Assembly: GCA_021824915.1 (NCBI GenBank)
Contig: JAKAJP010000022.1
Span: forward strand, 23,832 to 87,831
Reading direction: 5' to 3'
DNA from: a bacterium
Lineage (GTDB): Bacteria > Patescibacteriota > Microgenomatia > UBA8517
Length of the DNA stretch: 64,000 nt
Part shown: one piece after another, positions 18,281-27,642 of the stretch
Position numbering within the stretch: the stretch's first letter is position 1
How the letters are laid out: each line of letters begins with the position of its first letter
Notes under the pieces: generated by a model
Seen by the model: only the letters and a program-made list of their open reading frames with translations
Databases searched by the model: none
Told to the model about the DNA's origin: nothing
Translations under genes and position numbers: made by a program

Positions 18281-19054
18281 TTAACTCACAATCCAATTTT
18301 TTCGGTTCTTTTCGTCATAATAATGAAGGATTTTTAACCTGTAAAAAACTGCCGCCGTATCCCAGGCCATCCAAAACGAGGTGTTCCATTTTATAGCACT
18401 CGTTTTTCTATCAAACCTAACTTCAATTGGAGCTTCGTAAATCCTGCCAAAGCCTAGGTATTTCGCGACCGACAACATCTCAATATCCATTGCATAACTT
18501 TTTACCAAAAGTCGCGGAAGGATCTTTTCAACAACACTTCTCTTAAATATTTTAATTCCGCTCTGGGTATCAGATAGATGAAGTCCAAAAAGCACCTTAA
18601 CACCCAGATGGTATCCCCAACTTAGTATACGGCGAAGAAAAGGATAATTAACTCTCGAGACCGGATGTTTCTTAGACCCGACAATTATATCAGCGTCGTA
18701 CCAATTCATATGTGCCAGAAGCATCATTATCCCTTTGGGGCTAATATCCATTCCAGCGTCAAGAAAAGAAATAATATCTCCCTTGGCCTTCGCCATACCA
18801 AACCTTACAGCATGGCCTTTACCATGATTATTTTTATAACCATAGACCTTTAGTTTCGTGGATTTGATTTTTGAAGCTTCCTCAAAAGTTCTATCTAAAT
18901 GTCCGTCAACAACGCAGATGACCTCAAAGTTATAGTCCCGTCCAAGCCCTTCATCAAGGGTAAAGAGGATATTTCTCAGGTCTCTATTTATAGTCCGCTC
19001 CTGCCTGTAAGCCGGTACTATAACCGAAAGTATCTTAACCTTTGCTTTTTTCAT
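18281..19054 (-). CDS. glycosyltransferase family 2
   Basis: 'LSVIVPAYRQERTI', 'VICVVDGHLDRT', 'LDAGMD' GT-A signatures. Confidence 0.7.
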   Translation of the reverse strand: MKKAKVKILSVIVPAYRQERTINRDLRNILFTLDEGLGRDYNFEVICVVDGHLDRTFEEASKIKSTKLKVYGYKNNHGKGHAVRFGMAKAKGDIISFLDAGMDISPKGIMMLLAHMNWYDADIIVGSKKHPVSRVNYPFLRRILSWGYHLGVKVLFGLHLSDTQSGIKIFKRSVVEKILPRLLVKSYAMDIEMLSVAKYLGFGRIYEAPIEVRFDRKTSAIKWNTSFWMAWDTAAVFYRLKILHYYDEKNRKNWIVS

Positions 19055-19055
19055 G

Positions 19056-20303
19056 TCACCTAGCGGGCTGATTATACCTCAAGTATGCCGCTTCACCCAA
19101 AAGCATCAGGGTAGAAACAATCAGCGATACCTGGATAACTTCCTTAATGCTTTCATGGAAAATCCAAATGAAAACAATCTGGGATAGAGCCGCAACCACG
19201 GGAAATATTATTACCCTAGTCCTTCCAATAGACAAGGAAAAATTAACCAACAAAACCGCAAGTGTATAGACCAAGATAAAAAAACCCATCCAGATAAGAT
19301 CTTCTGAAGCGGATAAATAAGCATTGCCATACAAAACCCCTATAGCCAGATTTGGGAACAGATAATAGAGAGATACTATAAATAGCGATATAAAAAGAGT
19401 CGCTCCAAAAGACGCCCAAAAAATCTTTTTATATTTACCCCCTTTCGCTACTCTTCCGGAAACAACAGGAAACATCACGGAAGATATCGGAGAAGAGGCA
19501 AAAAAAATGATCTTTCCTAGAGTGGAAAGGGCTGCGTATATTCCGGCATTAAACGGCGAAAGAAAATGCTTAACCAAAATAATATCAGTTGTAAAAAGAG
19601 ATGTAAAAGCCAGAGCTTGTAGTAAAACAGGCAAAGAATACCGCAAAAATGGGTAAATATCATAATCGACACTCCCGACGTCAGATTTAACCAACTTTCG
19701 GATATAGGGCAAGGATACGAAATAAGCCAACACACCGCCCAGCAAAACTCCATACATAGCCCCCAAAACCGAATAACCCAAAGCAATAAGTAAAACGCCC
19801 AATACAATCTTTATTACAGACGAGGCCATATTCGGTAAAACAAAACCCATAAATTTAAGAAGGCCTTGGGATGTTGCTTGGTTGACCAAGGTTATCAAAG
19901 AAAAAAACAGAATTGGTGAAATTAGTATCACCAAAAAAACATTGTTTATATGCAAAAACGAAGCAATAAAAGGCGAGACAAACAATAAAGCAATTGCCAA
20001 AATAAAGGCAATTATTAAGACTAGTTTATTTATCGCAAAATAAATACGTCCCGCGGACTTATCGGTCTCTGCGGAAGAAATAAATTTCACAACAGCAACC
20101 GAAGTTGAAGTCGGAACAATTGCAACAATATAAAGAATCGAGAATAAACTGGCTAAAACTCCGTAGTTTACAGGTCCCAACATCCGTCCAACCACAAGAT
20201 GGTACGCGTAATTAATGACATTGACGGCCATGCTACCACCAATCATGATAGCGCTGCCCGAAAAAAGCGGGTGTCTTAGAAAATTAAAAATTTTCTTATT
20301 CAT
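19056..20303 (-). CDS. oligosaccharide/polysaccharide flippase (Wzx-like, MOP superfamily)
   Basis: About 12 TM helices, and conserved N-terminal region typical of PST-family flippases. ATGA overlap with the upstream gene. Confidence 0.6.
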   Translation of the reverse strand: MNKKIFNFLRHPLFSGSAIMIGGSMAVNVINYAYHLVVGRMLGPVNYGVLASLFSILYIVAIVPTSTSVAVVKFISSAETDKSAGRIYFAINKLVLIIAFILAIALLFVSPFIASFLHINNVFLVILISPILFFSLITLVNQATSQGLLKFMGFVLPNMASSVIKIVLGVLLIALGYSVLGAMYGVLLGGVLAYFVSLPYIRKLVKSDVGSVDYDIYPFLRYSLPVLLQALAFTSLFTTDIILVKHFLSPFNAGIYAALSTLGKIIFFASSPISSVMFPVVSGRVAKGGKYKKIFWASFGATLFISLFIVSLYYLFPNLAIGVLYGNAYLSASEDLIWMGFFILVYTLAVLLVNFSLSIGRTRVIIFPVVAALSQIVFIWIFHESIKEVIQVSLIVSTLMLLGEAAYLRYNQPAR

Positions 20304-21448
20304 GATAACCAATAACCACGGATAAAAAACATCTCTGAAACAATTAAAGAAACCGCCATTAGTATATATAGCAGAAATTTAAAAATTCTGGGAACCTTAT
20401 TCAAATAAAAGGCAACCAGGATAAATGCCGGAAACAATATCAAAACATACCTTGGTATCGATGAAAAACTACCGGAGAATGTCGGCAGCAAATAACCCAT
20501 GGAAAGAAAAAGTGCATAACTAAACCTGAGTTTAATAAATGACCAAACAGATAAAACCAAAAATATTGCTCCTGTAAAAAATTCAAAAAACACAACATAG
20601 ACCGAAGGAAAATAGTTGATATTTAGTGAAGGAATGATTCTAAAAATATATCTGTAAAATACCTGGGGCAACAAAATTAGATTATCAGATCTCTGCGCGC
20701 CAAAAACACTGACGGTATGATAGAAATTAATCGGATCCCCTGTTGCCCGCCAAAGATAGTATATATAGATCAAAAACCCGATCATTGCCAAGGGCAAGAC
20801 TAAAACCAACTTCCACCAACCCCCATCAAGCTTCTTATGGGCCTTATAAAATTCAAAAAAAATAACGGGTACCAAAATTATTCCCACCAATCTTGTAGCC
20901 GAAGATAATCCAGCGAGGATTGCCGAATAAAACCATTTTTTCTTTCTGGCAAAATAAAAAGACCAAACGGATAGTGCCAAAAAAAGACTTTCTGTGTACA
21001 CCGCCCCAAAATAAAATGATGTGGGAAATAATAGAAGAAGAATAAGAGTTGTCTTAGCGACTGAATCTTCGTAGTCCAACTTGACCAGCTTCCATAGACC
21101 AAAAAGAGCAACGATTAAACCGAAATGAGAAACCAGAAGACCGGAAAACACATAGCTTCCGAAACCATTAGCCCAAATTCTTGTAAAAAACCTGATCAAT
21201 AGTGGAAAAAGCGGAAAAAAATAATAGGTCAACGGTCTATATCCCTCGCGTGCTAAGGCAATATAATGCTCTCCGTCAAAATTTGCCCACGACCAAAAAT
21301 ACGGGTTTTTTAGATAATTCAATAGTCCTCCGCCCAAAAAATCATGCTGAAGCGGAAGAAGTCTAATGGCAAGATATTGCAGAAGAAAAAGGGTTAGCCT
21401 CCAAACAACGAAAAGCCCGATTATGAAGTAAATATTTTTCCTAGACAT
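20300..21448 (-). CDS. GT-C fold membrane glycosyltransferase, PIG-V/mannosyltransferase-2-like
   Basis: 'FDGEHYIALAREGY' and 'YYFFPLFPLLIRF' resemble the PIG-V-type DxxWYxxIAxxGY motif. Paralog of 62551..63711. About 9-10 TM helices. Confidence 0.5.
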   Translation of the reverse strand: MSRKNIYFIIGLFVVWRLTLFLLQYLAIRLLPLQHDFLGGGLLNYLKNPYFWSWANFDGEHYIALAREGYRPLTYYFFPLFPLLIRFFTRIWANGFGSYVFSGLLVSHFGLIVALFGLWKLVKLDYEDSVAKTTLILLLLFPTSFYFGAVYTESLFLALSVWSFYFARKKKWFYSAILAGLSSATRLVGIILVPVIFFEFYKAHKKLDGGWWKLVLVLPLAMIGFLIYIYYLWRATGDPINFYHTVSVFGAQRSDNLILLPQVFYRYIFRIIPSLNINYFPSVYVVFFEFFTGAIFLVLSVWSFIKLRFSYALFLSMGYLLPTFSGSFSSIPRYVLILFPAFILVAFYLNKVPRIFKFLLYILMAVSLIVSEMFFIRGYWLS

Positions 21449-22547
21449 TTTTGATTACTCTTTTATAGACATTCAAAGTTTGAGCTGCAGTCTCTCTCCA
21501 GGAAAATTTTTTAGATATAGCTAGTCCGGTATTAACAAGTTGATTTCTTAAAATCTCATCATCATAGACAGATCTAATTTTTTCCGCAAAATCATTTACA
21601 TCATTCGGATCAGCAAAGATCGCGCCGCCTTCTCCAATTTCAACTAATGCCTGAGTTTTACTCGCCACAACAGGCGAACCGGATGCAAACGCCTCAACTA
21701 AAGGCAAACCAAAGCCTTCATATAAGGATGGCTGACAATAAACCGTAGATAATTTATAAATTACTGCCAAATCCTCATCCGGAACAAAACCCAACCTAAA
21801 AACTTTAGGATTATCCTTGAAATCATTTAACAATAATTGATAATGTTCAAGTTCTGGGTGAGGCAACCCAAAAAGAAACCTGACATAATCCATTGGTCCC
21901 TTGAGAGATCTCAGGTCCATGCCACCAGCTTCCAAATCGAGTGCTTGCTTACCCGCAATTACCAAGTTTACATCTGCTACCTTGCAGGCCTTAATGAGAG
22001 TCGGAATATTTTTATTGTAATTAATATCCCCAACATAAAGTACAAATTTGTCCGGCAGCTTATATTTATCCTTAACAACTTTCAATCCGGTTTTTAACCC
22101 GCCAACAAAGGTCTGTCTGGGAGCTAAATAAATAACATGTACTTTCTCGGGTTTGACATCTAGAAACCTACAAATATCCTTTTTCGAAGTTTCAGAAATG
22201 GTTATAATTGCATCCACATTCTTCTTAATAAGAAGTTTATTTATCAAAAACCTGATACCACCTTTAATCCCGGATGGATAATGTTTCGGGTAAATGAGTG
22301 GGATTAAATCATAGATTGTAATTACAAATTTCGTGTGCTTTGGCTTATAAAAAGGCAGGGAAATTTCAAACGGCTTAAACGATGTAAAATGAACAACATC
22401 ATACTTACTCAAGTCTTCGCTTCTGACATCAACCCCATCAATTTTCAAAGCCCTCAGAAGTTCCCTAGCATAGACGCCAATACCCCGAACCGAATGACCG
22501 GAAGAAAGGGGGCCAGAGTCTATGGCAATATTTGCAATTTTAGGCAT
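21441..22547 (-). CDS. glycosyltransferase family 4
   Basis: 'YCQPSLYEGFGLPLVEAFASGSPVVAS' GT4 motif. Start set at MPKIANIAID (Met35) because the longer ORF would overlap the divergent argF. Confidence 0.7.
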   Translation of the reverse strand: MPKIANIAIDSGPLSSGHSVRGIGVYARELLRALKIDGVDVRSEDLSKYDVVHFTSFKPFEISLPFYKPKHTKFVITIYDLIPLIYPKHYPSGIKGGIRFLINKLLIKKNVDAIITISETSKKDICRFLDVKPEKVHVIYLAPRQTFVGGLKTGLKVVKDKYKLPDKFVLYVGDINYNKNIPTLIKACKVADVNLVIAGKQALDLEAGGMDLRSLKGPMDYVRFLFGLPHPELEHYQLLLNDFKDNPKVFRLGFVPDEDLAVIYKLSTVYCQPSLYEGFGLPLVEAFASGSPVVASKTQALVEIGEGGAIFADPNDVNDFAEKIRSVYDDEILRNQLVNTGLAISKKFSWRETAAQTLNVYKRVIKNV

Positions 22548-22570
22548 ATCCAAATTATACTCGAGGTGGA

Positions 22571-23479
22571 ATGAAGAAAAAAGCGAGACGCTTCCTATCC
22601 ATCTCTGACCTATCAACCACTGAAATAAAGAAAGTGCTGAACCTAGCACTCAAGATCAAACACAATCCAAAGAAATATTCGAATAAATTAAAGGGGTTAA
22701 CTCTAGCCATGATTTTCGAGAAACCATCACTTAGAACAAGAGTTTCATTTGAGACCGGAATGACTCAGCTTGGAGCCCACGCAATTTATTTAGGGCCCAA
22801 CGACATTCAAATGGGTGTTAGAGAAACTCCTTCCGACATAGCCAGAAATCTGGAAAGAATGGTCGACATTATTATGGCAAGAGTTTTTGAACATCAAAAA
22901 TTAATTGAGTTGTCAAAAGACACGAAAGTTCCCGTAATAAACGGCCTAAGCGACCTTGAACACCCCTGCCAGGCGATGGCTGATATCCTCACGGTCTTAG
23001 AAAAAAAGAAAAAGCTTAAAGGACTCAAACTAACCTTTATAGGAGATTGTGAAAATAATGTCACCCACTCACTTGCAATTCTTTGCGACAAACTCGGAAT
23101 GAAGTTTTTCTGTTCTGCCCCAAAAGGATATGAAATGAAAAAAGAGGTTGTTAAAACACTCAAAAATAAAATTACTGAGGTCGTTGACCCTAAAAAGGCA
23201 ATCGAAAATGCGGATATTGTTGTTACAGACACATGGATAAGTATGGGTGACGAAAAAGAAAAAAAGACTAGGCTGAAAGTTTTTCCGCCATATCAAATTA
23301 ATTCAAAGCTAATGAAGCGGGCGAAGGCGGATGCAATTTTCTTGCATTGCTTACCGGCATATCGTGGATTTGAAGTGACGGATGATATCATCGATGGACC
23401 CCAATCGGTAGTCTTTGATGAGGCAGAAAATCGCCTTCATGTGCAAAAAGCTCTAATTCTCTTCTTATTGGGAAAGTGA
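22571..23479 (+). CDS. argF: ornithine carbamoyltransferase
   Basis: Carbamoyl-phosphate site 'SLRTRVSFE' (STRTR), 'HPCQAMAD' (HPxQ) and 'HCLP' ornithine-binding motif; 302 aa. Confidence 0.85.
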   Translation: MKKKARRFLSISDLSTTEIKKVLNLALKIKHNPKKYSNKLKGLTLAMIFEKPSLRTRVSFETGMTQLGAHAIYLGPNDIQMGVRETPSDIARNLERMVDIIMARVFEHQKLIELSKDTKVPVINGLSDLEHPCQAMADILTVLEKKKKLKGLKLTFIGDCENNVTHSLAILCDKLGMKFFCSAPKGYEMKKEVVKTLKNKITEVVDPKKAIENADIVVTDTWISMGDEKEKKTRLKVFPPYQINSKLMKRAKADAIFLHCLPAYRGFEVTDDIIDGPQSVVFDEAENRLHVQKALILFLLGK

Positions 23480-24337
23480 ACTGACATACTTAAAGAACGC
23501 AATCGGATAATGCATTGCCGAAAAGAATGCCCACAAAAATCCGGCTACTCCATCAAGAAAACCTTTATGGCGAAAGTAAATATTCACGAAGGTATATAGA
23601 GGTTTACCCAAACAATAACTTACAAAACCCAAGAAATTTGCTTTTACCTTCTTTGATCTAAACTCACCTGCTTGCAAATCGGTATATCTATTCATTCTTG
23701 ATAAATACCTTCTTAGGGTCGGAGAATCATAATGTTTCAGCGGGTTAAAAAGCCACGAGACTTCCCCGTCTACCTCTATTTGCTCATGTACCGATTTTTG
23801 GGGAAATCTTGCTTTTCCATTTTTTACAAGTCGTATAACCCCGTCGGGATAAACACCGCCATATCTCAATGGCTTCCCTAGAAAAATGTTTAATCTCGGA
23901 ATAAAGAAAGCAACAACCACCCCGGTATTTTTTCCTATCTTCCCGTCTCGTTCTTCAATCAAACGCTGGTGCTTCCTAAAATGCGTCTCTTCAAGGGTGT
24001 CAGGGTTAATTCTCTTTTTGATTTCTTCATTTGTCATTCCGATTACTTCTTTTATTTCTCTCGCGAGTTCCGGCGTAACTTCTTCATCCGCATCAAGCTG
24101 AAGGATCCAAACACCGGTAGCTTTCTCTAATGCCTTCTCCTTGGTTATATGAAAAATTTCATGATGAGGTTCAAGATAAACTTTTGCACCAAAACTTTCA
24201 GCAATTTCAGTAGTCCGGTCAGTTGAATGCTCATCAACAACTATTATCTCATCGGCAATGTCTTTAACCGATCCTAAACACCGGGCAATGTTCTTCTCTT
24301 CATTTCTCGTTGCCAAAATAACCGAAAGTTTTTCCAT
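23465..24337 (-). CDS. glycosyltransferase family 2 (paralog of 44149..44874 and 45801..46697)
   Basis: 'LSVILATRNEEKNIARCL', 'IIVVDEHSTDRTTEIA', 'LDADEEVTPEL'. Confidence 0.7.
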   Translation of the reverse strand: MEKLSVILATRNEEKNIARCLGSVKDIADEIIVVDEHSTDRTTEIAESFGAKVYLEPHHEIFHITKEKALEKATGVWILQLDADEEVTPELAREIKEVIGMTNEEIKKRINPDTLEETHFRKHQRLIEERDGKIGKNTGVVVAFFIPRLNIFLGKPLRYGGVYPDGVIRLVKNGKARFPQKSVHEQIEVDGEVSWLFNPLKHYDSPTLRRYLSRMNRYTDLQAGEFRSKKVKANFLGFVSYCLGKPLYTFVNIYFRHKGFLDGVAGFLWAFFSAMHYPIAFFKYVSSLSQ

Positions 24338-24338
24338 T

Positions 24339-25988
24339 TTAATTAGCTACCAAATCAAAGTATTCATAACCATTTGTACCATAAATCCTTTTAATGATAT
24401 TGGCTTCTTTTGGTATTTCTTGAGTGGTGCCCGCTACTAAAGATTCAGGGTATTTGGCTTTAATTTCATCCCAAGTTGTAAATGTAACAAACCTGTATTT
24501 GTCAAAACTTCTGACAGTTGAGAAGCCAAAATTATCTCTTGCTGTCAATGAATGACTTCCCTGAAAATTCTGCGGAAGATACTTTGAGTAAAACAAGAAC
24601 AAAATATAGGGTTGATCATACCTATCCGTGACAACAACATTTTTATATTTTGATTGATTAGCATTAACATAACCAACCAACTCTTTGACTCCATATTGCG
24701 AGGAAAAAGGATATTCCTTGCTCATGTGGACCCAATACATATGTTCATATCTGGCAAAATTCCAAGACACCAAAATAATAACAGTGGATAGATAGATAAC
24801 TTTCAATTTTCTTGTCGGATTTTTATTTATCCACTCAAGTATTTGGTAAAGCCCATAAGCGCTAAAAATTATTAGTGGAATAATCATGTTTTGTGAGCGA
24901 AGCGCATTCGGTGATTGAAATGTAAGCGCTGACGCCATTGGAGCAATTGCTAACCAATAAGTAATAAACTTCCATTCGCGGTTGAATCTTTTGGCAATAG
25001 CGACTACCCCAATAGTCAAGAAGATTATATCGAAAAGATACATTTGTCCGGTTTCCGGAACTTTATTTCTCTGAATTGCATCGCCTGACAAAAACAAAAA
25101 CTCCCCATGATAATGCGATGCCCAGTTTGCTGCAAAAGCCAACCCATAATTCACGGCTTTATTATGTAACGCCTTGGTAAAAATATTATTAAGATCACCG
25201 TGCTCGCCACGCTGCTCATTTATTCGATTTCGTGGGCCGGGGTCTGCAAATAACCCCACCCCAGCAACTCTTGAAAGCGCTCCAGGAGAGGTAAGATCAC
25301 GGGCAAGTGGCACAAGTAAAATCAAGGTAATGCCGGCAAAAACCACATATGGAATAATCTTATTAAATATCTCCTTTTTGTAGAAAAATACTATTCCTAA
25401 CCCAAGGAGCGGAACCACAACTCTGGCGGCATGATAAGTATACAAAGACGCAACTAAAAATACCGAGCTCAAAGCCAGAGAAAAGATTTTCTCCACAAAT
25501 CTTTGTGATCGAGCCCTAAAAAAGAAAAACATTCCCGCAACAATGAAAAACGTGGCGACATTCACTTCCCAACCACCCCGGGAAAACTGCAGATGCCAAG
25601 GAGAAATTGACAAAAGGAACGCAGAGATCAAAGCGAACTTTTTATTTCCAAAAATCTCATTCACCAAAAGATACACAAACAAGATAGTTAATACTCCGAG
25701 GGCAGCGCCCGGAATTCTGACCGCCCACTCATTTAATCCTAATATTTTTACGAATGGCAAAACCAAATAAAAATAAAGACCGGGTTTGTAATCGTTAAAC
25801 GATTGAAAATGAATTGGCCAAGCATTTCCGTGCTCGTCATGCCCGGTCAGTATCAATGAATAAGCGTTGTATCCGATCGCGGCTTCATCTGCATTCAATG
25901 CCGGGTAAACATCAAGTTTGTAAAACCTCAAAAAGATTGCTAGGGAAAGAATCAAAATCAAAATTATATTTTTCTTCAAAAATTGCAT
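24339..25988 (-). CDS. GT-C fold glycosyltransferase, PMT/ArnT (GT39)-like, 549 aa
   Basis: Loop-1 'NADEAAIGYNAYSLILTGHDEHG' (DE motif), 'SPWHLQFSRGGWEVNV', about 11 TM helices, conserved C-terminal soluble domain 'QPYILFLFYSKY'. Confidence 0.65.
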   Translation of the reverse strand: MQFLKKNIILILILSLAIFLRFYKLDVYPALNADEAAIGYNAYSLILTGHDEHGNAWPIHFQSFNDYKPGLYFYLVLPFVKILGLNEWAVRIPGAALGVLTILFVYLLVNEIFGNKKFALISAFLLSISPWHLQFSRGGWEVNVATFFIVAGMFFFFRARSQRFVEKIFSLALSSVFLVASLYTYHAARVVVPLLGLGIVFFYKKEIFNKIIPYVVFAGITLILLVPLARDLTSPGALSRVAGVGLFADPGPRNRINEQRGEHGDLNNIFTKALHNKAVNYGLAFAANWASHYHGEFLFLSGDAIQRNKVPETGQMYLFDIIFLTIGVVAIAKRFNREWKFITYWLAIAPMASALTFQSPNALRSQNMIIPLIIFSAYGLYQILEWINKNPTRKLKVIYLSTVIILVSWNFARYEHMYWVHMSKEYPFSSQYGVKELVGYVNANQSKYKNVVVTDRYDQPYILFLFYSKYLPQNFQGSHSLTARDNFGFSTVRSFDKYRFVTFTTWDEIKAKYPESLVAGTTQEIPKEANIIKRIYGTNGYEYFDLVAN

Positions 25989-25989
25989 A

Positions 25990-27642
25990 TTATTTAACGG
26001 CTAAAATTCTAAAAGCAATATCCCGCCCGTTCAAGTATTTTATCTCGGAAACAAGCTTAAACAGATTTGTATCACTTGAATCCTCCGGAGGAATTCTGAC
26101 CGGATCCGCGACGAATAAAGTTCCGTGTTCTCCCCTATTGACCGACCAATCAATTGGGGCAAACTGTATATTATCAAGTGTCAAAATATAGCCAACATCA
26201 TTTATGTTTCCACTTGAAACAAGCTTCGCATTTTTTTGGTACTTAGCGGGGTCGTATTTCTGATAAAAAAGAAAGTAAATATAGGGTTGGGCAAAAGATT
26301 GTTGGACCTTAATTATTTTGTAGTCTTTCTCAAGTGGCGTAACCGTTTCAACAATTTGTTTATAACCGTAATTCCAATATATAGAATCATGAGCGGGAAC
26401 ATGAACAAAATAAGCATCCAAAAAATAAACAAAACCGGCGACGTAAAACATAGCAAAGAATCCAGACAAAACTAACACCGACGAAGTTTTTTTGAAATTG
26501 TCAAAAAATGTCATCAGCCCGAAAGAAATTAAAATTATTAACGGAACTTGCATATTAATAGCCCGGACGGCATGCACTTGATCCCGCGAAAGTACCGCCG
26601 GGAGCGGGGACAAAACCAACCACAACCAAACAAACAAAGCTTCCTTAGATTTTCCTTTCTTAAGAAAGGAAAATGCTCCGACAACAATCAAAACAATATC
26701 GCCTAAAAGGAGCATCCCCTGATACGGGGCGGATTGTCTGGGGTTACTAAAGTCCCCTTCAAAAAACAGAAATCTTCCAGAAAAATGATTAAAATATCGC
26801 CCCAAGATACCTCGCATGAAGTTTAATCCTTCAGAATGAAATAAATAGTAATTTAAATCACCAATCTTTTCTCCACCCTCATCAAGAAACGCCTGTGTAT
26901 AATCTTTCGGCCTCGGATATGAAAAAACACTAAAGACATCAAGCCGACCTGCCTGACCGTTAAACAAACTCAAAACAATAGGCAAAGAGATAATAATTCC
27001 TAAAGTAATTCCACTAAAAAGATACTTTTTTTCAAATTTAAGAATTTGTTTCCAATAAAGAATCGCCAAAAGCACCACTACGATTCCAGTCGAAAGTTTT
27101 GCTCCTTGATATGTTAATAAAGTTAAGGCAAATAAAACTGATGACAAAACAAAATATTTTGACTTTTCCAACGCCTTAAGAAAAAAATAAATTCCCGCAA
27201 GCGTGAGGGTTAGAGAGACATTAACTTCCCAAGCTCCCCGGGAAAAATAAACCGACCAAGGGGTAACCGAAGTAACGAAAGCCGTAAAAATTCCCACCCT
27301 TTTCCCGAACAGGTTAGAGCAAATTAAATAAATCAGAAAGACCGACAGAATTCCTGCAAGTGCGGATGGTAATCTTGTCGAAAATTCATTCAGACCCAAA
27401 GCCGCTACAAACGGTGTATCGAGATAGATATAAAAACCGGGTTTGTAATCACCGAACGACTTAAAAATTATTGGTAAAAACTTACCATACTCATCCCGAC
27501 CAGTCTTCAATATTGAGTATGCGTTATAACCCAATGCCGCTTCATCGGAAGTTAACCCCGGGGGGGTTGTCCCCAACTTCCAAAGCCGCAAGACGGCCGC
27601 CAAAACTAAAATTGAAATCAAAAGCCAGTTTATTTTTCGCAT
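25990..27642 (-). CDS. GT-C fold glycosyltransferase, PMT/ArnT (GT39)-like paralog, 550 aa
   Basis: 'TSDEAALGYNAYSILKTGRDEYG', 'TPWSVYFSRGAWEVNV', C-terminal 'QPYIYFLFYQKYDPAKYQ'. About 50% identical to 24339..25988. Confidence 0.65.
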   Translation of the reverse strand: MRKINWLLISILVLAAVLRLWKLGTTPPGLTSDEAALGYNAYSILKTGRDEYGKFLPIIFKSFGDYKPGFYIYLDTPFVAALGLNEFSTRLPSALAGILSVFLIYLICSNLFGKRVGIFTAFVTSVTPWSVYFSRGAWEVNVSLTLTLAGIYFFLKALEKSKYFVLSSVLFALTLLTYQGAKLSTGIVVVLLAILYWKQILKFEKKYLFSGITLGIIISLPIVLSLFNGQAGRLDVFSVFSYPRPKDYTQAFLDEGGEKIGDLNYYLFHSEGLNFMRGILGRYFNHFSGRFLFFEGDFSNPRQSAPYQGMLLLGDIVLIVVGAFSFLKKGKSKEALFVWLWLVLSPLPAVLSRDQVHAVRAINMQVPLIILISFGLMTFFDNFKKTSSVLVLSGFFAMFYVAGFVYFLDAYFVHVPAHDSIYWNYGYKQIVETVTPLEKDYKIIKVQQSFAQPYIYFLFYQKYDPAKYQKNAKLVSSGNINDVGYILTLDNIQFAPIDWSVNRGEHGTLFVADPVRIPPEDSSDTNLFKLVSEIKYLNGRDIAFRILAVK

